Below the pieces are notes generated by a model. That model had not been told where the DNA came from and did not search any database. It was given only the letters and a program-made list of their open reading frames with translations. A program made the translations under genes and the position numbers. Positions 51,904-63,265 of a stretch of DNA of 64,000 nucleotides are shown here, piece after piece. Within the stretch, counting starts at the first letter, position 1, and the number at the start of each line of letters is the position of its first letter. The DNA comes from Rhizodiscina lignyota (Eukaryota), in contig ML978128.1 in assembly GCA_010015805.1 (NCBI GenBank), positions 372,001-436,000 on the forward strand. Direction: 5' to 3'.

Positions 51904-52282
51904 GCGATGAAAGAGAATTGGTTTTTGTTAGGAAAAGGATGTGATGGAAATTTCTTTGGACTTGAGGGACGGAATGGATATGAGTTGAAAGAGATCATGA
52001 TCTACACCACGGCGGGCTCGCCCTAGGTTCGGCGTAGAGCGGCGTCCTTCGCGGGGTCTGTAAAGCCTTTTGAGACGGTCTCATGTACGTGGTAATTTTA
52101 ATTTTTTTGCCAGACCTCTCTACTTATTGTTAACCGGCCTTGTGCATTACTCAAACTCTCCGATGATAATTTCAGTGTTCAAAGTTTGATATTGTTCCGT
52201 GGTGTAGTCTTGGCATACCCCATGTGTGCAGATTGCAGATACATTTATATACAAAGTTCAATTAGCAACTCCCGGACGAATA

Positions 52283-52419
52283 GGTAGTATGGCTCAGTGG
52301 TTCGCCGCGCCTCCCCATACTTCCTCCACGCACCCCCGGAGTAATGCCGAGCCGGGGCTGTTAAGGTTTGGAATAGGTTCGATTCCCACGGGGATCGAGC
52401 CTATTCCTTTTGCTTTTTT
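52283..52419 (+). ncRNA. Putative RNA polymerase III-transcribed structured ncRNA / tRNA-derived element (not a canonical tRNA)
   Basis: A box TGGCTCAGTGG (52290-52300) at the tRNA +8 position, B box GGTTCGATTCC (52376-52386), T4/T6 runs (52408-52419) and upstream TTTATATA (~52244). Three hairpins; D and T arms do not form a cloverleaf. Confidence 0.6.
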
Positions 52420-53126
52420 CTTTTGCATATATCTCCTTTTTTTTTTATATCATCAGTCCTCCATTTGCTAGACACATTACAAGCGCCATAAATATCAATA
52501 TTCTTTGCAAGCATTACTGAGAGCTTGTAATTGCCTGTTTTCGGACTTCCTGCTCCCGCCCTTCGTGGGCCACAGGCTCTCGCACTCACGGCCGGCACAC
52601 TCACCACACGCTTTAAACAAGAAGATTGGCATGGGTTTCGAACAAGGCTGCAAAAAGAAGCGAGTAGTAGCCGATTCTTTAGGCTTGATAGACGGCACTG
52701 TCTCAACGGTTTCTACCAAGTACAGCGTTGCACACAGAGGATTGGCCTCAGCACTCGGAGCTGGTATCATCCTGTATACGCTTAAGTTTTATTTTCCTGC
52801 TGATCTTTCTTTTATTCCTCACAATGCGTCAAGCTCGCACCTCAAATGCAGATTCGCCTCTAAAAGTTGAACACTCGAAGTCATGTTGCTTAGTCATCAA
52901 GCATATTGAAACGAAAAGGCATTTCATTTCATGAGGTTGGAATAAAGTTATAGTTGCATATCAAGCCTCTACCGATTGCGCGTTAACCCTCAAGCATCGG
53001 TGCTGACGATCAATTCGCCCCTATACCAACGCCGATAATGTCAGATGCGGAAAAACCATGCACGAGGGTGGATATTTCAGTCATATTCTCGCATGACAAC
53101 AACTGGCTACACGTATTCTACTTCAT

Positions 53127-56100
53127 TCACACTCCTCCGACCCAACCCAGTACACCTCCGACTAATCCAACAAGTCCCTCGAGCCTCTCCGTCTCGAGCC
53201 TGGCCTCCTCCCTCCACAGCTGTAGCGCTTCTCTCACCTCATCCAAGCCATCCTCCTCACCTGACAGCAGCAGACTGCCGTGGCATTTGACCCACACGCC
53301 GACCCACACATTGACGAGCTCGAAGTCCCTCCGCTCCCTTACGCGCGTAGTGATGGCGTTGAGGAAGGTCACCAACTCGGTATACGGAGGGGCCGGGTCG
53401 AGACTCCTGATCGCAAGGTCGGCAGCTGAAGGAGGAAGGGCGGCGAGGTACTTGGTTAGTCGGGCGTAGTGTTCAGTGCTGGCGGATGTCGATGCAGTGT
53501 GCAACAGGGAAGTGAAAGTATCGCGATCTGCCGTGCGGCCGATGGCCGTGGACTTCGATAACCGAGACAACTCATTGCTCTGTTTGTCCGCTGTCCCTGA
53601 GCTTGCAACAAGTTCTTTCGAACTAGCGTCACGCTTCGACGCTGAAGAATCTTGTATGCTGGGGAGGAAGAATGGAGCCTTCTCAGGTGCTTTAGGAGGC
53701 TCTTTCGGCTTGTTCCTCTCACGAACGAGATCCAGATTCCGCAATGTCTGCCACTGAGCTTTTGGAACAAGACTCAGGGTGACCAGGTCTTTGCTCAGCT
53801 GGTCGATTTCTGGCAGAGCCGCCACATCATCGTCGTCGCCTTCACCAAGCTCATCGTTCGGTGCACCATTAACGTCGGAATTCGATTCTGTAATGGCAGA
53901 TGCGATGAGAGTCGAGCCACCTTCACCACTTGCAGAAGGAAGTTGGACGAGATCTGCGACATCTTCTGCCGCGATTCGCCGTGTCGGAACGTGCGTGAAC
54001 AATGTACGGTTTGTCCAGATGTCAATACCAACACTGTCAGAGGAGGATGTCGCCAGATACTCTCCGGTGTTGGAGAATGCCAGCGCGGTACATTGTCCGC
54101 GTAGTTGGAATGCGTCGATAAGATGTGCAGTGGGAAGATCCCATATCCGCACTGTAGATCGAGGCGCTTTAGAGATAGCTGAACCCTTCCTCGAAGATTC
54201 CGCCATTTCAGATGATGCTGCAACCATCCACCGTCCGTCATTTGAGAACAAAAAGTCAGCGATGGCAGTCTCGCAACCCCAGAGTTCGCGGACGAGTTTC
54301 TTAGTTGCAATATCGATTATGCGTATGCACGCATCCGAGCAACTCAACGCGAGCAGATCACTCGACCGATGGAAGCGTAGCCCTGTGATTGTAGTCATGG
54401 GAGACCAATCAAGCTCATACGTGAGAGAGCCGCTGGAGAAGTCCCAAAACTTGATCTTGCCATCCAACGAACAGCTGATAACAGTTCGGTTGAGATTATC
54501 GACGACAATCCCCGTGACAGGTCTGGTGTGCTTTCCTTGACCCTGATGAAACTTCGGAGAATCTGAGGTAGAAGCCTCGGAGTGGGGTTGAAGCTGCAGC
54601 AGCTTGAGACGCTTTGCTTGTGCCGGTGTCAGGCGTGGCGGAAACCGTCTTCGATGAATACCAGACTGCAGATTGAACATGTCGACTCCACCGCTCGCTG
54701 AGCCGACCAGGGCAAAGGTGCCACAGGGTGACATTGCCACAGCTGTGACATTCGCACCATCCCCGGTCTCGAACGCCCATCTGCCAGCTCGCTTGCGTCC
54801 CCAAAACCAAGTTCGGGCAAACTTGTCTCCCTCATGGCCTGTTATGACACTTTCCCAGCCCGTAGTAGCGCTCTTTTCTGTGCTGTTGGAACCTTTGCTC
54901 TTGGATCCCTTCCCACTCGTCCATATACTCTTCTCTCCAGGCATTGCACCCATGCCCCCATCGCGGTTCATAGAGCACGCCATGCATGTGATTCTTGGGA
55001 CCTTCAGATCTTCTAAGCTCATGCCCTTATCGCGCTCATGAAGGGTAGCGTGGCTGAGCAGTCCCATCTTTTTGGCCTTTTTACGCGATGCGCCCTGACT
55101 CAGCTCAGTACTTTGGCCATCCCTTCGCAGACTCCAACCCCAAAAGCTTCGATCATTCGAGGCACTGAGAATCCATTTCCCTCCAGCCTCTGCGCCGTCG
55201 AAATCTGAGGGTAAAAATTCCAATGTCGATACGGGTGCGGCGTGACCTGCTCTGGAATGCAGGATTCGCGGAACTGGACTAAAGGGCGTTGCATCAAATA
55301 TCCACGTCTTGAGACTGTTGTCAAGCCCACTTGATGCGATTATGTGCTGCCCGGCCAGGAACTCGATCTTACTTATGCCTCCCGCAGCCTTTTGCCCGTC
55401 CGTCAGAGACGGCAGAGGCGGATTATGGGCCCCATAAAGCACGCCCATTTTGCGTCCTCCTTGATTCAGATCCCATATCGATATATCTCCAGCTTCAGTT
55501 GAAGCAGTAGCCATCACACCTTCCTCACGTCCATCGTGCCCTGCGCCGAGTCCATCAGTGCGGAAAGTTATCGACGTAACTGGATATTTCTCAGAGCCAG
55601 CCATGATCGTGAGGATTGGGCTATCTGCCCTAATATCACGTATGACTACCGGCCCACTTGCGTATGCGATGGCAAGAAGAGAGAGAGCGGGCGCGGCTTC
55701 GAGCGCCGTGACAGCTCCGATGGACTTGCTCGGAGGCTCTAGTGTATGGATCAACTTGCTTGTGCTGACATTCCATATTTGTACCGATCCGTCTCTTCGA
55801 CCAACAAACACTTTGTTTATGTAGGTTGGAACCGTGCTGATGACACCGGTAAAGCTGGGTAATTGCCCGCTTCGTGTCGGCTTGCTATTGTAAATCGTCG
55901 TGTGGTGCTCGAGGGTGAACGCATTCCAGACCTCTATCCGATTTAAACAGCATGCCGCAATCCATGTCCCAAAGACGATTATTCGTTTAATGTCATCCTG
56001 GAAGTCCTCTGGAAGCGGCAATTCGTCCACTTTCTTGCCGCGCTTAAATATCCAGACACCGCTCTGCGTATTTGACCTTGAGTCCCCGAATGCCGCTATA

Positions 56101-56452
56101 ACCTTGTCTTTCCATGATGCAGTCGCTGTTATAGTCGTGGGGGTTTGCGGACGGGTAATGAAGACAAGGTTAAGTCCTCTACGGACATCGTAGGTTTGAA
56201 GACTTCCGCCGACGGAAGTAGTCAATTGGAAGCTCGTCTTGCCCAGCGGGACAGAGGTGAATGGCACGGTGGTAGGAGATACAAGCCCGACTGTCTGTTA
56301 AAAAGAATTAAAAATTAGAATTAAGTTCAAAGCATCAAGTTGCCTATACTCACTCTGAACGGCGCGAAAAGTTTAGATGTTGTCCGCTTCACTGGGGTAG
56401 CTTCTGGTCCCCCATTTACCCTCTGGCGTTTGACAGATCGACCGCTGTCCAT
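53127..56452 (-). CDS. UTP21: U3 snoRNA-associated protein 21 (WD40, SSU processome), 2 exons
   Basis: Exon 1 ends SKLFAPFR, then intron ~56353-56295. Multiple WD40 repeats and the Utp21 C-terminal motif RERNKPKEPPKAPEKAPFFLP. Confidence 0.95.
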
Positions 56453-57158
56453 CTCGGCCCTCTTCCATCAATTAAAGTGACGGGAATCTGGAGTGATGCG
56501 ATCAGCACAAGCGAGTGTGCAATTATTGAACTTTTTTTGGATGCCAAGATTTCATCATGCAAGATATTTGGCCTTGCCGAATTGGGTTAGCTTAAACAGC
56601 GATCTTCACCTCACTCTTTGGACGGCATCAATATCCAATTTCAACCTTGTTATGATGAAAGCGAGGAAGCATGTCCAACTCAGAATCAAGGCGGCGCACT
56701 ATGTATTGTCAGCAGGACGTCTGAGAGCATGTCTCAATCTTCCGACATGCATCACTGATCGCCACCAAGTCTGAACTCACTTTTTACACTTGTTCTCATG
56801 GCCCAATACGTCCAAGACAGACGTGTTAAACGCCCGTATAAATGTTCCGGAGCAACGACGTAAACAAACGTAGAGTCTGCTCGTGAGACCTCGGACGACT
56901 TAGGCATTTATCGCATAGATTACATTGAACACTAGTCGCAGGAGAGATTTCATTGATTTACAAAAACCAAAAAAACGCCCAAGAAAGTTCATCCAACTTT
57001 TACCTCTCTTACACTCATCCTTTGAGTTCCAAAACTGCTTCAGAAGCAGCATCAGAGGATCTGTAGAAAGGGAGGCCGCACTCGCACATGTTAAATACAA
57101 ATTGGAAGAGAGAGAAAAATAATTAAATGCCTCCGCCGCCGCCGTGCAACAAAGTGCC

Positions 57159-59122
57159 CTACTGGGCAGACGTGGGAGCCGCCAACATACTGTACTGGCC
57201 GCCCGTGCCAGCCCAGTTGAGCATTTTGCCGTCCACGGCCTTGTTATGAATCTCTGTCGCCACATTAACGTCATCATCATGACCGAGGCCTAATTGATAA
57301 TTCACGTTAAATCCCCACGCGAAGGCCTTGCCGTCCTTGGTGACGGCGAGAGTGTGCTCCGGGCCGCAGCAGGCATGCGAGGCGTTGACGTTAGGAACCT
57401 GCATTGGCTGCAACAAGATGCGCGGCCGACCACCCTCGTCCTTCATGATCATATCCTCATCGTCCATGGGGAGGGCGTCCTGTGCGATGCCGATCTGGCC
57501 GCCGTCCATACGGCCCCAGAGGAAGCATTCGCCGTTTTCAGTAACGCCAGCGGAATGGTGGCCGCCTCCAACCACCAGCTTCATGCCCTTGCCGGAGAGG
57601 TTCTTTGCGATGGTGGGCCTGCCGATGACCGCATTATCTCCACCTGCGCCCTCGGGAATACCAGTCTCGCCGAAGTTGTTGAGGCCCCAGGCCCAGACCT
57701 TGTCGTTCTCGTCGATAGCGAAGCTGTGATAGCTTCCAGAGCCGATGGCCTTGACTTTCTTGACGGCGATAGTGCTGGGTTCAAGGGCAGTGTAGGCGTT
57801 GCGCTCAACGATGCGACGGCCAAGCTGGTTCTGCTGGCCAGCGCCCCAAGCATAGACTAAGCCCTTCTTGTCAAGAGCGAGCATGTGGTTGGCGCCCGCG
57901 CAGATGTCAATGATATTCTTGAGCTTGGCGATGTGCATTGGAGTGTGCTGGACGACATTGATGTCCTTGCCCTCGCGGGAGAAGCCGAAGACGCCCTCGT
58001 TGCCCTGTGACATGTCGTGTTAGTGTTTAAAACAGTAACAAATAAACAACAAAAACAACCACTTACGCGAAACGTGCCCCAGCCGTACACTTGACCGTCA
58101 TCGGTGAGAGCAAAAGAAGCGCTGTCGCCAGCAACGACCTTGACGAACTTGGTGCCTTCTGGAAAGGCGTCTTGGGGAATGGCAGTGGGAATAGCCTCGT
58201 ATGGGTTCAAGTCAGTGAGGGCCTCAGGGTCATCAGAGTCATCATTGTCATCTCCAGTATTGCCCCTGGTCCTGTCCCTCCATTCCGAGTCACGGCCAAG
58301 CGCGCCTTGGTCATTGACTCCCCAGGTGAGGATGCGATTGTCAGAGGTGAGAGCGGCGGCGTGCATTCCACCAGCAGCAACTTGGACCACCTTGCCAGAA
58401 AGGTGGGGGTTGAGGCGTGGACGCTTGACGTCAATGCACTTGTTTTCAACTCCAAGGCCGAGCTCGCCAGAACCACCCTCACCGAAGACGAACACATCGA
58501 GGGGCAACTTGGGAATCTCGTTGATGGCGACCTTCTGCTTTGGGGACTTGGGAACTGGTTTTGCCTTTGGGGGAGCCTTTGGCTTTGGGGGAGCCTTTGC
58601 GGGAGTTTTTGCTTTTGGTGATGGCTTGGCCTTCTTTGCGGCAGGTTCGTCGTCAGAGTCGTCAGCAGCAGCGCGTTTTGGTCCCGCCTTTGCTTTCGTT
58701 GTAGCCTTCGGTGTGGCCTTTGGTGCAGTCTTTGGTGCAGCCTTTGATGCAGCCTTTGATGCAGCCTTTGGTGCAGACTTGGGAGCAGCTTTCGTTTTCT
58801 TTGTCTCGGGTTCGTCTTCCATGGACGATTCTTCGCCATCTTCGTCTTCGTCATCTTCGTTTTCGTCATCGTCATCAGCGGGAGCATCCTTCTTGGTCTT
58901 GGTGGCAGTAGCGGCCTTGCGCTTGCTTGCTGCGGTGCTCTTTGCAGCCGCTTTGCCCTTGGCGGCAGGCTCGCGCTTTGCGGAGGTATTCGCTTCGGCC
59001 TGCGTTGCCCTTGCTTCTTCCGAGGGGGTGTCGGCGACGGGCTTGGTCTTGACGCGCTTAGAACGCCTGTTGCTTGCAGCATCGCCAGCAGCAGAAGCAG
59101 GTGGAGCGCGCTTTGGAGGCAT
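57159..59122 (-). CDS. RCC1/Pim1 Ran guanine-nucleotide exchange factor, 2 exons
   Basis: Lys/Ala-rich and acidic N-terminal tail, then RCC1 repeats (VFVFGEGGSGELGLG, TWGVNDQGALGR, YGWGTFR, AWGAGQQNQLGR, AWGFNVNYQLGLG). Intron ~58066-58006. Confidence 0.93.
58713..58778. repeat. Coding 12-bp imperfect tandem repeat (GCAGCCTTTGRT, about 5 copies) encoding KAAS/KAAP/KTAP
   Basis: Directly visible in the sequence. A second ~18-bp duplication (CTTTGGGGGAGC core) lies at ~58565-58595. Confidence 0.75.
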
Positions 59123-59826
59123 CTTGACGCGCGTGAAGAACGACGCTTGTCACGTTGTTGTGGTGACGCGCGAAGACTAAAATTTCGAGTTCGAGCAGCG
59201 AGAACTCGGAGAAGGGGAGTTTTGACGCGGCGAAGCGGCTGAAGTAGAAAGTTGTAAGTACAAGAGCTTGAGGAGGTCAATCGCTGATGTAGAGTGGACA
59301 GTACCTCGTTGAGCTCTTTGTTCTTCGCGTTGACTGTTGTGTAAACAGGAAGAAGCTCGCGAAAGATATAGTCGGAGTTTGCGCGCACGGACTCCCGTGT
59401 TCGCGGATGACAGGGGCCCTGGTCAAAACAAGAGCCGCCACGGCAGCATGCGCTAGTCCTGTTGGGGCGCGAGGGTGCTTGCGTGCCTGCCGAGGAAAGT
59501 GAAGGTCCAATACCACCGCACCGAAATCTTCACCATGGCAGTGTTCCCAGGAGTGTTCCATAGCAATCATATTGCATAGAGTCCCACGCCGATTGGACAC
59601 CGTGTTGATTATACTCCTGTTGTGCTCGCATTATATTTTTCACTTATGCTCTCTCCAAATTAATTTTATACCGGAGAACTCGCGTTTCCTCGACACGCAC
59701 ACGCTAGAACATTTTCGGATTAGCTCTCACGGGAGCGAATCATGACGCAGCAGCCGCATCGTCGTGCGCCGCCTTGTATATCGAATGCGCGTGGTAAACA
59801 TAGGATGTTGACCATCTTCGTCCATC

Positions 59827-61931
59827 ATGCCTGACTATCTTTCGTGGATACTACTAGCTGTCGCTGGCGGCGCATTTGCTGCTCAGCCTGAAGCGCCCCA
59901 GCCTATCGCCGCACCTCTGCGAGAGCTGCCTTGGGCTCAACTGAACTTCTTACATACAACTGGTACGCTAGTCCCCCGTCCGTGACAGGTGGACCACGGT
60001 TCTCCGACGTCAACTCTTCTTACCATTGTCTGCGCTACATTCTGTAAATATACTTACATCTGCACAGACACACATGGCTGGCATGGTGGACATCTGCAAG
60101 AGTACGAACTGTCTCATCATCATGTACGGCTGTGCTAAGCTTCTCCAGACCCTCCTTCTCCGGCGACTGGGGCGACTATGTATCCTTTGCGAAGCATATG
60201 CGAGACAAGGCAGATGCTGACGGGTCTGACCTCCTTCTCATCGACACCGGCGACCGAATCGAGGGCAACGGCCTGTACGACGCCTCTGAACCTAAGGGCC
60301 AGTATGCATACGACATCGTCAAGCAACAGCAGATCGATCTGATCTGCACTGGCAATCATGAGCTGTACAAGGCAAATTCGTCCGAAGACGAGTTTTACTT
60401 TACCGTACCAAACTTTAAAGATGGATATCTCGCTTCGAACCTTGACATATACAATCCAGACAATGGCAAGCTGGAGCCGCTAGCTCCACGATACAAGAAG
60501 TTTACGACCAAGAATCAGGGGATTCGAATCTTAACATTTGGTTTCCTGTTCGATTTTCAGGGCAATGCGAACAACACTGTTGTGCATATGGTGGAGGACA
60601 CAACAAAGGAGGACTGGTTCCAAGAAGCCATCCGCGATCGCGACGTTGACCTGATTCTCGTCTTTGGTCATGTCGCCATTCGTTCCAAGGAGTATGACCA
60701 TCTCTTCAAGACGATCCGTTCCGTGCAATGGGATACTCCGATCGCCTTCTTTGGTGGCCACACACATATCAGAGACTACAAGACGTACGATAGCAAGGCA
60801 GCTGCTCTCGAGAGTGGTCGCTATATGGAGACAATTGGCTTCATGTCCATTTCTGGCCTACATGGCACCAAGTCCAAGAAGCCGAATTCAACCAGCGAGA
60901 CGGATATCTACGACGATCAGACACTCATCAAAGGCCCCAAATTTGCTCGCCGTTACATCGATAACAACCTGTTCTCTCTCTACCACCACTCAGGCAAGAA
61001 TGATTCAACATTCCCGACTGAACATGGTAAAAACACGTCTATTATGATTTCAAAAGCGCGCCATAAGCTCGAACTCGACTCCATTCGAGGATGTGCGCCA
61101 CAAGACTTCTTCCTCAATCGCGCACCCTATCCGCACGCATCCTCTATCCTCTCGCTGCTAGAGCTTAACATTCTTCCTGATTCAATGGCGAAAGCACCAC
61201 GTGTTGACAAAGAGGATAAGAAAGCCATTGTGCTCACGAATACGGGTGCTATCCGATTTGACATTTTCAAGGGGCCATATACACATGACACAGAATATTT
61301 GGTTTCGCCGTTTACCAGTGGCTTCCGCTATGTGCCAGATGTGCCTTACGACAAGGCGAAGCGCGTCATTGATCTCATGAACAATGAAGGTCCATTGTTC
61401 GATGACATTGCTAAGCTAACTGGGCTTGAGAAGTGGATGTTGCTTCCACCCGAGCAGTACCAGGGTCGGAAAGATGTTCACATCGAACCTGTCGTGGAGT
61501 CAGAGAGTGACACGCAGGGGTGGCTTGACACCATCAAGAGCATGGGACAGACCATTCTGAGACCGGTAATAGCAAAATATGGCGACAAGAAGAAGGATAA
61601 GCTCATACCCGGCTACACGACGCAAGATGACCTCGGAAACGACGGCGACGATACAGTGCACTCACGAATTGCCTTCTACAATGTTCCGAACTGCATTCAG
61701 TCACCGATAGGCTTTAACCCCTCCGACGAAGATGACAAGCCAAAAGAGCCAGAGGTCGTAGATGTTGCGTATAACGAATTTATCGAGGCGTGGGTGCTGC
61801 TTGCGTTGAAGTACCTTGGTCATGATGTGAAACAGGAGGACACAGCTGTCTTCATGCAGAAGACTATGACTGACATTCTTACGGAGTGGGTGCAGGAGGC
61901 TTGGCCGCCCAAGAAGGGAAAGTGTGGTTAG
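59827..61931 (+). CDS. Secreted calcineurin-like metallophosphoesterase / 5'-nucleotidase family, 3 exons
   Basis: Signal peptide MPDYLSWILLAVAGGAFA. Motifs TTDTHGW, DTGDRIEG, GNHE, FGH and GGHTH. Introns 59963-60067 and 60102-60148 flank a 34-nt exon. Confidence 0.9.
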
Positions 61932-62247
61932 CGTGTCTAACGTATGTACTTGAAATTGTAAGGGATCGGAGCTTATTGGCAACATTGCCCGTATCAATCA
62001 CGTTAACTACAGACTGGTCTATTGGTTCTGAGGGATCTGGCGTTGGACAAGGCTAAAGGCATGGATGAAAAGGTCTATTTACTAAGCCAGTATGGGATGT
62101 ATTAAAGCTCGCAGGTATTGAAAGATCGCCTACATATCGTTCAGGGCTGTGTGTATACTCGCCATCTGTATGTATTTCAAGGCTGGATAGGAGCGCAAGG
62201 ATCAGGGCGTAGATATCAATCAAAGTGCACCATGTATCATCAATTCA

Positions 62248-63021
62248 TCATTTTCCTTCGATAGCTACTGCCTCAGGTAGCTTCGCGTTCTGAAAGATCA
62301 CATCCCGATAAAACTTCGCTTCCCTGATACTCTCCAAAATATCCTCCCTCGCTTCATGCAGCCCTTTCTTCTGCGGACTCTTCGCCAGCACCTCCCGTGG
62401 CACCCACCGCCTCGCCGCCTCCTTAATCGTACTCACGTCCAGAATCCTGTGATGCAGGTGCCTCAGCACGACATCATACGGCGGCTTCCTCAGAAACGCT
62501 GCATCCGCGTGCACAGAGTTGCCAGCCAACAACGCCCTCCTTGGATCAGGGGCATGCAGCTGCACGTACTGCAGCAGACCCTTTGCCGCGTCGTCTGCGG
62601 ACGTGGTAGACTCTATACACGCGGCTGTAAGGCCGGACGCGGCGTGATGACTGGTGCACCAATCGTCCATTTGGTCAAGGCGTTCTTTGGAATGGTGGAT
62701 CACGGCCTCGAATCCATCCTCGTCGAGAACGTCGAGGTCGTAGTCTGTCACGAAGCAGGCGATTTGCATGATGGAGTCGTTGTCGCGGTCGAGCCCGGTC
62801 ATCTAGAGAAGTTAGTCAATTCGAAATGTAGACAATGTCGTTCATACTTCGCAATCTACCCAGACGAGCGGCTCGCGGGATACGCTTTCTGGCATGGTGG
62901 ATTGCAAGCGAATGAAGCCTGGAGGGCGAAAGTTGCTTCGATTTACAGGCGTCCAAGTGCTGTGGACAGATTGGTAATTAATATCGATACGCCTACATCT
63001 GATGTATCCAGTACGGAGCAT
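62248..63021 (-). CDS. REX2: Oligoribonuclease (DEDDh, Orn/Rex2), 2 exons; start at 63021 or 62895
   Basis: LVWVDCE|MTGLD, LAGNSVHAD, LDVSTIKE and HEAREDILESI motifs. Intron ~62846-62803. Confidence 0.93.
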
Positions 63022-63265
63022 CAGAATATCTCCTTCCTGGGGAGTGCGCGACGTGAACCGCAATGTTAAAGAAGGGAGGATATGTTCGAGTGTAAGGGAG
63101 ACATCTACGTCGTGTCGTGTGGCTGTGTGGCTGTGCAGATTTCAGCTTGTCCCAGCGTTGGCGCCTGTCCAGATTCAAGACGTAAAATGATCTATACAAT
63201 CATAGAGTTATATGTTCTATTACCAGGCTGCCTATTCGTCCCCACATTCTTGGAAACGTCTTTGT

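Noticed and set aside
52283..52400. Canonical tRNA (CAT or GTT anticodon, possibly with an intron)
   Set aside because: The D stem does not pair, the T stem has mismatches, and the 5' end is not complementary to the sequence after the T arm. Kept only as a Pol III ncRNA candidate.
58104..59388. Long antisense (358 aa) and alternative-frame (393 aa) ORFs over RCC1
   Set aside because: Explained by GC-rich, low-complexity Ala/Lys/Pro codons of the real gene. No independent motifs.
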